Assembly: GCF_965363235.1 (NCBI RefSeq)
Contig: NC_134842.1
Span: 20,157,521-20,221,520 of the forward strand
Direction of reading: 5' to 3'
Length of the DNA: 64,000 nucleotides
Source: Mytilus galloprovincialis
Lineage: Eukaryota
A program made the position numbers and the translations under genes. Shown piece by piece: positions 36,919-48,202 of this stretch. The stretch's first letter is position 1. Every line of letters starts with the position of its first letter. The notes beneath the pieces were generated by a model. It saw nothing but the letters and a program-made list of their open reading frames with translations. It made no database searches and had not been told where the DNA came from.

Positions 36919-37118
36919 CTTTAATTAAAAAAAAAGTATACCATTATATTTCAGGTGCAATTTTCTGCTTTAACTTATCACTGCCAATCTTTTTTTTTAT
37001 AACAAAACCAAAAAATAAAACTATAACAAATGGAGATAAATGATGTAACAGGACTTTTCAGAACAAAAAAATGACTCTGATCTTGAAGTAAATTTTCAAT
37101 CCTTGTTATTAAAAATAC

Positions 37119-37245
37119 CTATGACATGTTTTCCATTGATGAATGCTTCAAACCCACATACAGCAGCTGTATCATCTAGTGGGAAGACATACTTAGCTTC
37201 AATAGGAACATTGTTGTCATTCTTGTATTCTTGTAATATAACAAC
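37119..37245 (-). CDS. PARP4-like exon encoding VVILQEYKNDNNVPIEAKYVFPLDDTAAVCGFEAFINGKHVI(G).
   Basis: Acceptor is gattattttttcag and donor is ATAG|GTATTT. It matches the recalled human VIVFQTYTNKSHVPIEAKYIFPLDDKAAVCGFEAFINGKHIVG. Confidence 0.8.
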
Positions 37246-37519
37246 CTGAAAAAATAATCAAAGTTTGTATTACTATAAGAGAGTTCAAAGAACTATTCTC
37301 ATGATGGCAAGGGGCCTTATAAAATGAAAACAACACTTTAGAAATTTTATTCGTTTGAAATGCTTTTTTGATTGACCTTGAGCCCCAAAGACAAATATTT
37401 AAAAGCCAAGGATGTATACGAAGCACAACAAGTGTAGATCTATAAATTCTGTTTAGGCTTGAATAGTGGAAATGTTTTTCCACATTAGAAACCAACTTAT
37501 AAGACCTACATAACCTTAC

Positions 37520-37650
37520 CTTTGCTACTAAGTCCAAAAGATGAGCTCTAATATGAACAGATTTGAGTGGAACTGATTGTTTTCCTTTTCCAATCAAGCC
37601 TGCAGTAACTTTGTTTAAAGGGTCAGGTACATCCTTCACATCTTGTAAAT
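37520..37650 (-). CDS. PARP4-like exon encoding (N)LQDVKDVPDPLNKVTAGLIGKGKQSVPLKSVHIRAHLLDLVAK. The in-frame ATG at 37658-37660 lies inside the acceptor tttatgtttacag and is not a start codon.
   Basis: Donor is AAAG|GTAAGG. It matches the recalled human SGNLVPLEDVHIKGRIIDTVAQ. Confidence 0.65.
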
Positions 37651-37954
37651 CTGTAAACATAAAATCATTTCTATATGTTGTAAAGAATATTTATATTTCT
37701 GTTGTCTAATACTTTAAATCTTAAGAGCAGAATACTTTCAATTTGTATATAATATTTAGATTTATTTAAAGTTGGCATGGTACATAAAACAAATACATAC
37801 CATAACTTTAGATTGGAAGTTGGTAAGCATTCAGCTATAGCCCAAGTTTATACAATGAAGAGTTTTTCCAACTGTATACTGGTTGTAATGTTTTAGAAAT
37901 GTCTTCAAATATCAATTTCCGAATCAACTAAAAAATTGAAGACTTTGAAAAAAA

Positions 37955-39900
37955 CAGATGCTCCGCAGGGCACAGCTTTATACGACTGCAGAGGTCGAAC
38001 CCTGAACGCTTGGGGCAAGTATGGACACAACATTCAAGCTAGATTCAGCTCTGAATTTGGATTGTGATTAAATAGTTGAAACAGCATAGGTTTCTGACAC
38101 AGAATGAATGTGGTCTAATGAACTTAAACATTTTTTTTTTTGCTTTTGAGCGATTCACTTTGCTGTTGAATATCAATCCTCTCAAAAAAAAAAATGTTTG
38201 AAGAAATTTTCTTTTTATTTCTGATATCTGAAAAATTGAACACCCCACGATTTTTTTTCATCTCCCCCTTTCCCTTATTCCAAAAATGATCTCAATTCAA
38301 ATTTCTAATGGAGTTTGCAACAATAACTACTCATTTAAATACATCATAAAATATTAAAATATAAAATGTCATGGTTAAAATTAATTTTAATTAATAGTAA
38401 CTTCTAGAAAAATAAATGTGGAATGTGTCCAAAGGGACACAGATGATGCTCCCACTAGCAAATAACATTAAAAAGGGACATAATTCAAGAACTGTAAAAG
38501 TGAAGCTGCCAAAAATTGAACTTGAACTGAGTTTAGAGGTACTAAGAATTCTATAAACATTTCATTAAATTTAGTTGAGACAATTTAAGTTAATAGAACA
38601 GAAACGAAAAAAATCTTCAATTTTTCCACTTGTAAAGGGGAATACCCCTAGAATGGTAATCAAAGTGCTTAAGCTTGTAATCACTGAATGGCAAAGATTT
38701 TAATTGTTTTAATTTATCAGTTGGTAGTAAAAGTGAATATTGCATTGTATATTGTATATAGCATTGATTTAAGTTGATTCAACAACTATTCTGGACAAAG
38801 AAAGATAACTCCAATTTTCAAAGAATAATAATCATGACTAAAAATAAACAAAAAAACTTCATCAGCAACATTTTATATTGGCAAATTTCCAATGAAGTTT
38901 ATTAAAATAAAGTTATTGGCAAATTTCCAATATACATAATTTAAAAGCAGTTTAGGTGAGATAAACAAAAAAGCTTCATCAGCAACATTTTATATTGGCA
39001 AATTTCCAATGAAGTTCATTAAACTAAAGTTATTGGCAAATTTCCAATGGAATTTATTAATAATAAAGTTTTTGGCAAATTTTCAATATACATAATTTAA
39101 AAGCAGTTTAGGTGAGATATTCAAATGAGTTTCAATTACCAACCGTACATTGCTTTTAAATTATGTTTTGTACTTAAGTAATTGTCTATTAACCTGGAAA
39201 CCCTTTTCCCCTCTTTTTTGCACCTTATTCCTTAACGGTTTGAGCCATAACTCCCAAAGACAATACTTACCATCCCGTTATGGTATTCCAATATCCAAAT
39301 TATAAATACATGGTTAGATTCAGCATATCAAAAAACCCCAAGAATTCAATTTTTTGATGAAATCAAATAAAGTTTAATTTTGGACCCTTTGGACCTTAAT
39401 GTAGACCAATTTGAAAAGGGACCAAAAACTAAAAATCTAAATACACGGTTAGATTCAGCATATCAAAGAACCCAATAGTTCAATTTTTGATGAATCAAAA
39501 AAAAGGTTAACTTTTGGACCCTTTTGGCCCCTAATTCCTAAACTGTTTGAACCAAAACTCCTAAAATCAATCCCAACCTTCCTTTTGTGGTCATAAACCT
39601 TGTGTTAAAATTTCATAGATTTCTATTTACTGATACTAGAGTTATTGTGTGAAAACCAAGAAAAATGTTTATTGGACACTTTTTTGGCCCCTAATTCTTA
39701 AACTGTTGGGACCAAAACTGTCAAAATCAATCCCAACCTTCCTTTTGTTGTCATAAACCTTGTGTTTAAATATCATAGATTTTTATTAACTTATACTAAA
39801 GTTATAGTGCCAAAACCAAATGTCTTCAGACAACAATGACAACGACGACAACAAGGACGACGACGACAACGTCATTCCAATATACGATTTGCTGTCGTAT
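37955..39900 (+). mobile_element. Composite SINE-like element, copy 3. It has a tRNA-like head, an extra 130-bp two-copy repeat at 38850-39130, 170-bp tandem units at 39180-39830, and a tail containing (gacgac)n plus a hairpin.
   Basis: Head is gctccgcagggcacagctttatacgactgcagaggtcgaaccctgaacgcttggggcaag and tail is aatgtcttcagacaacaatgacaacgacgac...tatacgatttgctgtcgtata. Confidence 0.6.
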
Positions 39901-40725
39901 AAAAATTAACCAGTCAGACATTTCATTTTGCAATTCTTGATCATCTGATTTGTTTTGTTAATAGAGGCATTCAAGCAAATCAAGGTATTGGGGATTAAGG
40001 TCAGAGAATAAGTTCACAACACATATAAACAATTATCTACATTTAATTGGTTTTGGTTATGGTTCTGTTAACTACCAGTAGCTTGTATCTGGATATGGGT
40101 TCCATATGGAATCCGTAAAGTGTGTCTACAGTAAGGTTTTTTACTAATTCATCTTATTTTTGACGAGCCTGCAACTTTTGTTGCAGAAAGCTCCACATAG
40201 GGATAGTGATCCGGGGGTGGCGGCTACAGCGGCTTGAGCTAGCTTCTTATTAATAGCTTTATATTTTAGAAGGTGGAAGACCTGGATGCTTCATACTTTG
40301 TATATAGATGCGTCATGTTACAAAGTTTCCGTCAGTCACATGTCCAATGTCATTGACCTCATTTTCATGGTTCAGTGACTACTTGAAAAAAAAGTTAAGA
40401 TTTTTTATAATGTTAAATTCTCTCTTATTATAAGTAATAGGAAAACTATATTTGGTATGTGCGTACCTTGCAAGGTCCTCATGCCTGTCAGAGAGTTTTC
40501 ACTTGACCTCGACCTCATTTCATGGATCAGTGAACAAGGTTAAGTTTTGGTGGTCAAGTCCATATCTGAGATACTATAAGCAATAGGTCTAGTACATTCG
40601 GGTGTATGGAAGGACTGTAAGGTGTACATGTCTAGCTGGCAGGTGTCATCTGACCTTGACCTCATTTTCATGATTCAGTGGTTATACATGTAGTTAAGTT
40701 TTTGTGTTTTGGTCTGTTTTTCTAA

Positions 40726-41892
40726 GGCCTAAAAAAAATAATGTTGTGTTTCCGGTCACCCGACCGACCGTCCTTCAGACCCCCCGACTCAAAAGTTTTT
40801 AAAGCTGATGTGGGAAAAAAAATAATTTGTATACCTACCGACTGTTTTTTCTGAAAAAAAATAAAAAATTCTAAGTCCCTCGATCTTTTTATCGCCCCAA
40901 AAGAAAACAACGCTAATTTTAAACTCGAGGCTTATTTTTAGAATGTACTGGAAAGTGGAATCTTCTTGGCTAATTATATATGCGGGAGCATGCGCAGTAG
41001 TTATTTTCATTTGTCAGTGTTTGAACATGGCAACATAACGCGTGCTATTCAATGTTCAACGCGGAAAGTGTGACCATTTCGTGGAGAAAAAAATATTTCT
41101 AAATTTTACAGAAAGTAACACCTTTTTTGACATTAGCAATGAAATTCATCCAATGTCTAACATCGATGAAAAAAATACACAACACAAATTTTGTGCTCGG
41201 CCACCGGTAAAAATGACTGTGGATTGATGACAATAACGTACACAACTGTTGGAACAATGCAGTCTTTTGGAATTAAATTTATCAAATTTTCATGCCAGAC
41301 CCTTCTTCAAAATGAACATGATATTAATCCATCTGAATCTGGTCAGCCAATCAACGCTTTAGACATTCTGATGAAAAGTCACAGATGCTTTGCCAAAAGA
41401 AAGTGTCCTGCCAGGAACAGTGTATATGATATATTTGTCTATCTGTAGGTTTGGGATGATGTTTGGTTCATGTTCCTATAAATGAATCTGCCCCACATCT
41501 TCTCAATTTCTTTCTCTGACAATCCCAAACTTTTGGTCCTGAAATATGGGAATTGGGTTTAAAAAGCTAATTTCCTAGGGGAAGTGCTGCTCAAATTTTT
41601 TTTAGGTTTGGACTTAGTTTTTTTTCAGGGGTATTTTAAAAGGGGGTAAACTAAAATTTATTTCAGGGGGATTTTAAAAGGGGTAAACTTAAAGTTATCT
41701 CGGGAAGATTTTTAAAGTGGGTAATCAATCTCTTTCTATTAAATCCCAAACTAGTGTCCATGCCTTTAAACAAAACCGAGACAGCAATGAAGCATAATAT
41801 TATAAAAAAAAAAAAAAAAAAAAATCCCTACCTACCGTCCCTTCAAAATTTCAAGGGGGTGATCGGAAACACAACATTATTTTTTTTAGGCC
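40726..41892. mobile_element. About 1.17 kb insertion bounded by roughly 37-bp terminal inverted repeats (ggcctaaaaaaaataatgttgtgtttccggtcaccc ... gggggtgatcggaaacacaacattattttttttaggcc). It interrupts a roughly 150-bp satellite-like unit. It is probably a non-autonomous DNA transposon, since its internal ORFs are at most 85 aa.
   Basis: The flanks (tctgtttttctaaggcc | taatactatttgcaataggt) rejoin into an intact repeat unit like the one at 42030-42075. A candidate target-site duplication (aggcct/ggcc) sits at both ends. Confidence 0.6.
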
Positions 41893-42281
41893 TAATACTA
41901 TTTGCAATAGGTTAACTATATTTGGTGTATGGAAATATTTTATGATCTATATATTAGTCGTGCAAGTTTTATTTGACCTTGACCTCATTTCATGGTTCAT
42001 TGCTCAGTGTTAAGTTTTAATGTTTTGATCTGTTTTTCTTAAGCTATAAGCAGTAGGTCAACTATATTTGTTGTATGGAAGAATTGTTAGCTGTCAAGTC
42101 TTCCTGAAATGTTTTATTTGACCTTGACCTTAATTTCATGGTTCATTGGTCAATGTTAAGTTTTCTTGGTCAATGATAAGTTTTCTTGGTTAATGTTAAG
42201 TTTATGTGACAGTTGTAATAAAGCTTTATATTTAGGACTATCAACATAATATCAATGATTAGTAAAGAAGGCGAGATATAT

Positions 42282-42409
42282 AGAATAATAGGTAGTTTCG
42301 TTTTTGATACTGACTATATCATGTGGAATATCTAGACGAGCCCGTTAGGGCGAGTTAAGATATTCCAAATGATATAGTCAGTATCAAAAACGAAACTACC
42401 TATTATTCT
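42282..42409. repeat. Near-perfect hairpin with 41-nt perfectly matching arms (agaataataggtagtttcgtttttgatactgactatatcat) that extend imperfectly to about 53 nt, and a roughly 22-nt core loop. A second 14-bp stem hairpin and a TGACGTCA palindrome lie 25-100 bp downstream.
   Basis: The right arm atgatatagtcagtatcaaaaacgaaactacctattattct is the exact reverse complement of the left arm. Confidence 0.8.
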
Positions 42410-42648
42410 GTTTATCGGTAATTATGACGTCACACAATGCATTGCCTAATATTTTCAGTGATACAGCCATTACGTTGATACAAGAAAATATTAGGCAGTA
42501 AGATCAAAGAGAAAATATACGAATTACCAATAAATTTCAGTGTGTGCACTTTTGTTTTTTTCTTGTGATGCTATCTGGACAAATAAAATAAAGAAATTTC
42601 TTCTTTATGAGATTTTTTTTAAAAACCTGTAAAGCTATTAAAACCTAC

Positions 42649-42802
42649 TTATTTCTTCAGAAATGTCTTGATCTGTAATTTCTTCTGACCTCAAGGTCAA
42701 TGCCATGTCAGTTAATGGGGTCACAGTATCCTCAGGAAGACATAGTTGAACTAAGTATTTCATTTTCTGTTGTCGATGGTTATAGATAACAAACTCATCA
42801 TC
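42649..42802 (-). CDS. PARP4-like exon (end of the PARP catalytic domain) encoding DDEFVIYNHRQQKMKYLVQLCLPEDTVTPLTDMALTLRSEEITDQDISEEI.
   Basis: Acceptor is ctctccttacag and donor is ATAA|GTAGGT. It matches the recalled human DDEFVVYKTNQVKMKYIIKFSMPGDQ. Confidence 0.7.
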
Positions 42803-43421
42803 CTGTAAGGAGAGTAGAAGATTAATCTTAAAACTTGTTTACATTGGTAGATAGCAATTACTCATTCTTTCAGTATAGTTAAAATGTTTAACTATGATTT
42901 TTTAGCTATAAACGATGGATAACAAATTCATGGAAGAAGAATATTAAACCGAATTTTAGTATATAATCATGCATGGACCCAATTTTTATGCATAAAATAA
43001 GAGTGTACTCGCTGAAATATCTTGTTGCTTTACTAATCATGATCCATCTCCATTAGAAAGTCTAAAAGATAGAAATTTTTCACATAAACTTAACATTATC
43101 CATTATTTAAATGAGGTCAAGTTCTGATGAATCCTATAAGATTGACAAGTAAACTTTACAATCATATACAGCTGACCAACTGCTTATAGTATCCAAAAAT
43201 ACCAGAATCTTCCAATGAATATGCTTTATACATTATTGTTTAAGGGTCAGCTGAAGCATCCCTCTGGGTGAGGCAGTTTCTTGCTGAGATTAAGATCTAT
43301 TGTTAGCCTTTGGCTGTTTTCTGCTCTTTGGTCAGGTTGTAGTGTCTTTGAAAAATCTTGTTTCCATTCTTAATTTTATAAAAACAGAAATATATATCAG
43401 TCTTTGCAAAAGTATACTCAC

Positions 43422-43608
43422 TATAAAGTCTGTTGGTTCACCTTCAGATGAAAATTTGACACCATGTACACTATCGTACCCAGATGGAGGCTCCATCAGG
43501 GAGTTATCTATTCTTGTGCAGTCCTTGACCTTACCCAAGCTAACATCACTAAGTAACAACAACCTTGATCCATGTGTAGTACTGGGACCTGAATACATCA
43601 ATGACTTC
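43422..43608 (-). CDS. PARP4-like PARP catalytic exon encoding (R)KSLMYSGPSTTHGSRLLLLSDVSLGKVKDCTRIDNSLMEPPSGYDSVHGVKFSSEGEPTDFI.
   Basis: Acceptor is ctttgttttcctttcag and donor is ATA|GTGAGT. It matches the recalled human SIKYSHPGETDGTRLLLICDVALGKCMDLHEKDFSLTEAPPGYDSVHGVSQTASVTTDFE. Confidence 0.8.
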
Positions 43609-43736
43609 CTGAAAGGAAAACAAAGTATCTAAGAGGCTACTATTTCAATGTTAAGTCTGAATAATATTGAACCTTATTGCACTGCGGGTAAAATATGATG
43701 TAGTTATTGCTTAAACACCATCACGTGCATCCATAT

Positions 43737-43925
43737 GGATCCGTAGGGGGTTAGTAAATTTCATAGGGGATTCATGACGTCACATCTACTGTTGGTGATG
43801 TCATCTATTGGTGTCATCTGCGGACCATAGACGGTGAGTAAAACTCATAGGAGATTGGGCTTCCAGCCTCAACTCCTTTGGATTTTACTAATCCACTATG
43901 GATCCCTTGTGGGTCACTCACCGTC
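43737..43925. repeat. Intronic inverted-repeat (foldback) structure that includes a TGACGTCA site.
   Basis: The inverted pairs are tccgtagggggttagtaaatttcatagggg with ttttactaatccactatggatccc, and gacggtgagtaaaactc with gggtcactcaccgtc. Confidence 0.5.
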
Positions 43926-44293
43926 AGTAGTGAACATATAACTTATATTTAGTGAACCAGAGACTTCTTGAGGAGTCAACTCTAAGATTGAACCAATCAA
44001 ATTACTCTGTGCCATACCTCTAATTTTCAACTCAACAAGTCAAATTTAGCATAACTGTAGAAGTATGAATGATATGTTAAATGTGGCTTGAATATTAAAA
44101 GAATATACTGTTCTTAAAATCAACATGTTTAAACCAAATTATTAGCCACTCAAAAGTATGTGTAAAACCTAAAACCCATGGTTGAAGTATACACATTTGG
44201 TAAAAATGCCTTCTTTTGTTCTTGTTATTATAAATTTAATTTACACTCCTCCTGGTATAATCCCCTACAAATTAAACCATGCATAATTCCTAC

Positions 44294-44392
44294 CTAGCTG
44301 TGTCGGAGAAGTATATACCACTACCCAGCAACCCTCCATCTGTTCTTGTTATGCCATGTTCATCTTCTACAAAGTTTGGCATCAGCAATCCT
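44294..44392 (-). CDS. PARP4-like PARP catalytic exon encoding (R)GLLMPNFVEDEHGITRTDGGLLGSGIYFSDTA(R).
   Basis: Acceptor is tactattttcag and donor is TAG|GTAGGA. It matches the recalled human RGLLLPKVVEDRGVQRTDVGNLGSGIYFSDSLS. Confidence 0.8.
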
Positions 44393-45420
44393 CTGAAAAT
44401 AGTATAAAATGTATCATAATACTTATCAAAGAAAAGTGAAATAATAATCTCCATTATACCTAAGAAGTATAGTATAATGTTTATATAAAGAAAGGAAGGT
44501 CGTGTCTCTTCTTACAGAAAATTACATTTGTAAACTATCTCCTAATGTATAGTTAATTCAGAAAGTATCACAATATTTTTATTATTGCGAAAAATGTGAC
44601 AGGGTTACATTGCAAAAATTTAAACTGGCATTTTGGATTTTTTAAATGAATTAAACAGGATTTTGATCAATATCATAAAAAATAAAATTGTATTTTAATA
44701 TGAAATGGCAAAATCCTAATAATAATTGCACACAATAATTTCTAAATTTACAGAATGCAAAGCATATATAAATATAGTATGTCAGAGAACAAGAGTTCTT
44801 TTTTTATTAGCTATTAAATTTTCATAAATAGGTCTATAAAAGTGACAATATTTCAACTATTTGATTGTTGATGAACTATTTAGCCTGTTCTTAAAAACTA
44901 CAGGTCCTGCCCCCACCAGATTTGAAATTGTTGTGTTCCTTATAGCAATTCACAGATATCATTTTGAGAGCATTCACTATAGTCAAATGGAAAATCAGAT
45001 TTATTAAAAAGCTCTGCCTCTTTCTAATGTGATTAAGCTTATGATTTGTTACTTGATGCTTTGATAACATTCTCAAATGCATGAGAATGATTTCAAGTAC
45101 AAATGTAAACAGACTAAACAGCTATTTTCCTAATGCTTGTAGAGTAAAACTTTGGCTGGCTTGCTTTGGTTGTTAAAACTTTAGCTCAAACATTGTAATT
45201 TAGATTGACATCTGCAAACAATATAGACAGGCATTATTAAACCTGTATGTATTATATTTAAATTTGATTAAAAGTTATCCCAATTACAAATGTCAATATA
45301 CAAACAAAGCAAGCAAGCTAACCAAAGTCTAACTCTACATGCATTAGGAAATTAGCTGTAAAAAGGAAAAGCTGTGGTGCACAATATGTTGAAATAAAAT
45401 ATCAACCAAAACATGTTTAC

Positions 45421-45549
45421 CTTGAAAGAATTCCAAGGAAGTTGTGGAACCCAGATGAGTGCATGAGTAACTGTATATTACCAACTTCTGATTGGAAACA
45501 TAAATCCTCCAATGTCCTCTCTAACTTGTATACATTCAGAAGTTCTACT
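45421..45549 (-). CDS. PARP4-like PARP catalytic exon (H-G-S region) encoding (K)VELLNVYKLERTLEDLCFQSEVGNIQLLMHSSGFHNFLGILS(R).
   Basis: Acceptor is atatattacag and donor is CAAG|GTAAAC. It matches the recalled human VDVLQIFRVGRVNETTEFLSKLGNVRPLLHGSPVQNIVGILCR. Confidence 0.8.
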
Positions 45550-45959
45550 CTGTAATATATACATCAAAATACATCATTTTGTTGTCGTAATACTTTTTAT
45601 TTATAAGTCAGATTTGAGTGCACTACAGCGCCCTCCACCAATTAAATCTTGCAGCTATATGGAATAGCGATAAAAGTGGCATTTGAACAACACTTATCAA
45701 TCATAATTGAAAGAAGCAATTTTAATCCTTAATTTTTTTCCAGATTTTTTCTATTTGTCATTAGGTTGCTTTCTTATCAATACCTTACAACTCCATTTAT
45801 CTTTAACAATTTAAAACCAGGAAAAATCATGCCCAATTGGTGACTTTTCCATAAAACTCTCGTGGCTTTAAATGTGATTGATAAATGCTTGAAATTTCAA
45901 AACATCAATTTCCTTTTTTTATTTACATTTATTGTTTACACTTTCAAGGTTATATATAA

Positions 45960-46300
45960 AAAAGAAGATGTGGTATGATTGCCAATGAGACAACTATCCA
46001 CAAAAGACCAAAATGACACAGACATTAACAACTATAGGTCACCGTACAGCCTTCAACAATGAGCAAAGTCCATACCGCATAGTCATCTATAATAGGCCCC
46101 GATAAGACAATGTAAAACAATTCAAACGAGAAAACTAACGGCCTTATTTATGTAAAAAAAATGAACGAAAAACAAATATGTAACACATAAACAAACAACA
46201 ACCACTGAATTACAGGCTCCTGACTTGGGACAGGCACATACATAAATAATGTGGTGGGGTTAAACATGTTAGCGGGATCCCAACCCTCCCCTTAACATGT
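45960..46300 (-). mobile_element. SINE family A reverse copy (45960-46100) joined to the tail element shared with 35640-35830.
   Basis: Contains gaagatgtggtatgattgccaatgagacaactatcc, then caattcaaacgagaaaactaacggccttatttatgta...ggctcctgacttgggacaggcacatacat. Confidence 0.65.
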
Positions 46301-46656
46301 ATATGCTGATTTTTCAAGCATCTTAATGCTGCCTCCTTTTGCTATTTGTTAATCAGTAGACAAATGGAATTTTTAAATGCAATAAAACTGATTGTTTACT
46401 AGCATTCAGAATTTATCTCCAATACCTAATGAAAAATACCTCAAAAATATTTCACAAAGACTTTTAAGAGTATAGAAATTGAAAACACCTTTTTGGAAAA
46501 GCCTCTACTTATGTTTATGGAATTGGTTTTAATTTTTAACGGTATATCAGCACACTTGTTTGCATTAATCTACTAACCCTGTACGTAATTGGTACAAGTG
46601 AAATATAAAAAATTTCCTGGACATTTAATTTCTAATCTTTTATAAACACATCTTAC

Positions 46657-46817
46657 TTTTCTGAAGTTGATTTCACTAATTTGGTCACATGATCAAATTC
46701 ATCAGTGGATGGATCAAGCTGTGTCACATGGCATTTCAAAGCTTTATATTTGGCAACAGTTGTAGCCTCATCAGACCAATCTGTGGCTTCTCCAACACTA
46801 ATTATATCTCTTATAAG
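46657..46817 (-). CDS. PARP4-like exon (PARP regulatory region) encoding LIRDIISVGEATDWSDEATTVAKYKALKCHVTQLDPSTDEFDHVTKLVKSTSE(K).
   Basis: Acceptor is ttttttttatttcag and donor is AAAA|GTAAGA. It matches the recalled human LIRDMVNVCETNLSKPNPPSLAKYRALRCKIEHVEQNTEEFLRVRKEVLQNHHSK. Confidence 0.8.
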
Positions 46818-48022
46818 CTGAAATAAAAAAAAAGTCTAATCAGCTGAAATAAAAAAAAACAAGAATGTGTCCCCAGTACACGAATGCCCCACTCGCACTA
46901 TCATTTTCTATGTTCAGTGGACCGTAAAATTGGGGTAAACCCTCTAATTTGGCATTAAAATTAAAAAGATCATATCATAGGGAACATGTATACTAAGTTT
47001 GAAGTCGATTGGACTTCAACTTCATCAAAAACTAGCTTGACCAAAAACTTTAACCTGAAGCGGGACAGACGAACGAACGGACGAACGGACAGACAGACAA
47101 ACGAACAGACGGACGAACGGACGCACAGACCAGAAAACATAATGCCCCTCTACTATCGTAGGTGGGGCATAAAAACATGGCCAATCAGTGGTTTTGAAAG
47201 AACATTGTTTTTAAAAGGTTAACAGTATAAGTCTTCATTGCTCATTGTTGAAGGCCGTAAGGTGATCTATAGTTGTTAATTTCTTTGTCATTTGGTCTCA
47301 TGTGAAGAGTTGTCTCATTGGCAATCACACCACATCTTCTTTTTCATATTTAACCAATCATTAGCTTTATATTCACTTATAATTATAAGTTCCATGCTTA
47401 TCAGAGCCATGAAAGTTATGTACCACTGTGGCCTTATCAAATTAAAATTTCAAATGAGCCAAATAAAAACAGAAAAGACTGAGCTTTCAGTTTGTTTGTG
47501 ATTTACCCCTCCAGAGCACCTGATATCACCATGTGTAGTTTTCTGTTGTGTTTTGTGTACTGTTGTTTGTCTGTTGGTCTTTTTCTTGTTTAGCAATTGT
47601 GTTGTCAGTTTAATATCAACTTATGAATTTGAATATCCCTTTGGTATCTTTCCCTATTCTTTTAAAACAGAACCTGAGTTCATTGATAAAAAGTTAAGAT
47701 TGAAAAGAACAAATATATGTTACACAAACTTTTGGAACACAGTGAAAATCTTAAAATTTTCTACTACAACATCATATAAATCATGTAAATCTTGTGGAGA
47801 GTCGTCTCATTGGCAATCATGTAATTGCATGCACTAGTAATTTTTAAGGCCTCTTTTAGTTTGCTGTCGGTGTGAACCAAGGCTCTGTGTTGAAACTACT
47901 TTGACCTAAAATGGTTTACTTTTACAAATTGTGACATGGATGCAGAGTTTTCTCATTGGCACTCATACATCATCTCCTTATATCTATATAAAAAATGCAA
48001 ATTAAAATTTTAAACAAAATAC

Positions 48023-48202
48023 CTGACAAAGATCCTGTTTAGCCGATATATCTGAGACACTGAGTTTGTCCTTCCTGTTCGACCTGTTATGAGGTATAGC
48101 TTTGTAAAACTCTTTGGTCAGTTCTGAACATTTCTCACTGTCAACCCTTCTTGTTTTATACAACTCCTTTAACTGATACAGCACTGCTTCTGCTTCCTCA
48201 AC
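48023..48202 (-). CDS. PARP4-like exon encoding VEEAEAVLYQLKELYKTRRVDSEKCSELTKEFYKAIPHNRSNRKDKLSVSDISAKQDLCQ.
   Basis: Acceptor is ctgtattatag and donor is CAG|GTATTT. It matches the recalled human ILLLVKAALKNGETAEQLQKMMTEFYRLIPHKGTMPKEVNLGLLAKKADLCQ. Confidence 0.75.

Noticed and set aside
37520-37660. ORF-track M of MFTDLQDVKDV... as the PARP4-like start codon.
   Set aside because: The ATG lies inside the acceptor tttatgtttacag. Upstream exons (42649-52638) continue the frame with PARP catalytic and BRCT homology, so this exon is internal.
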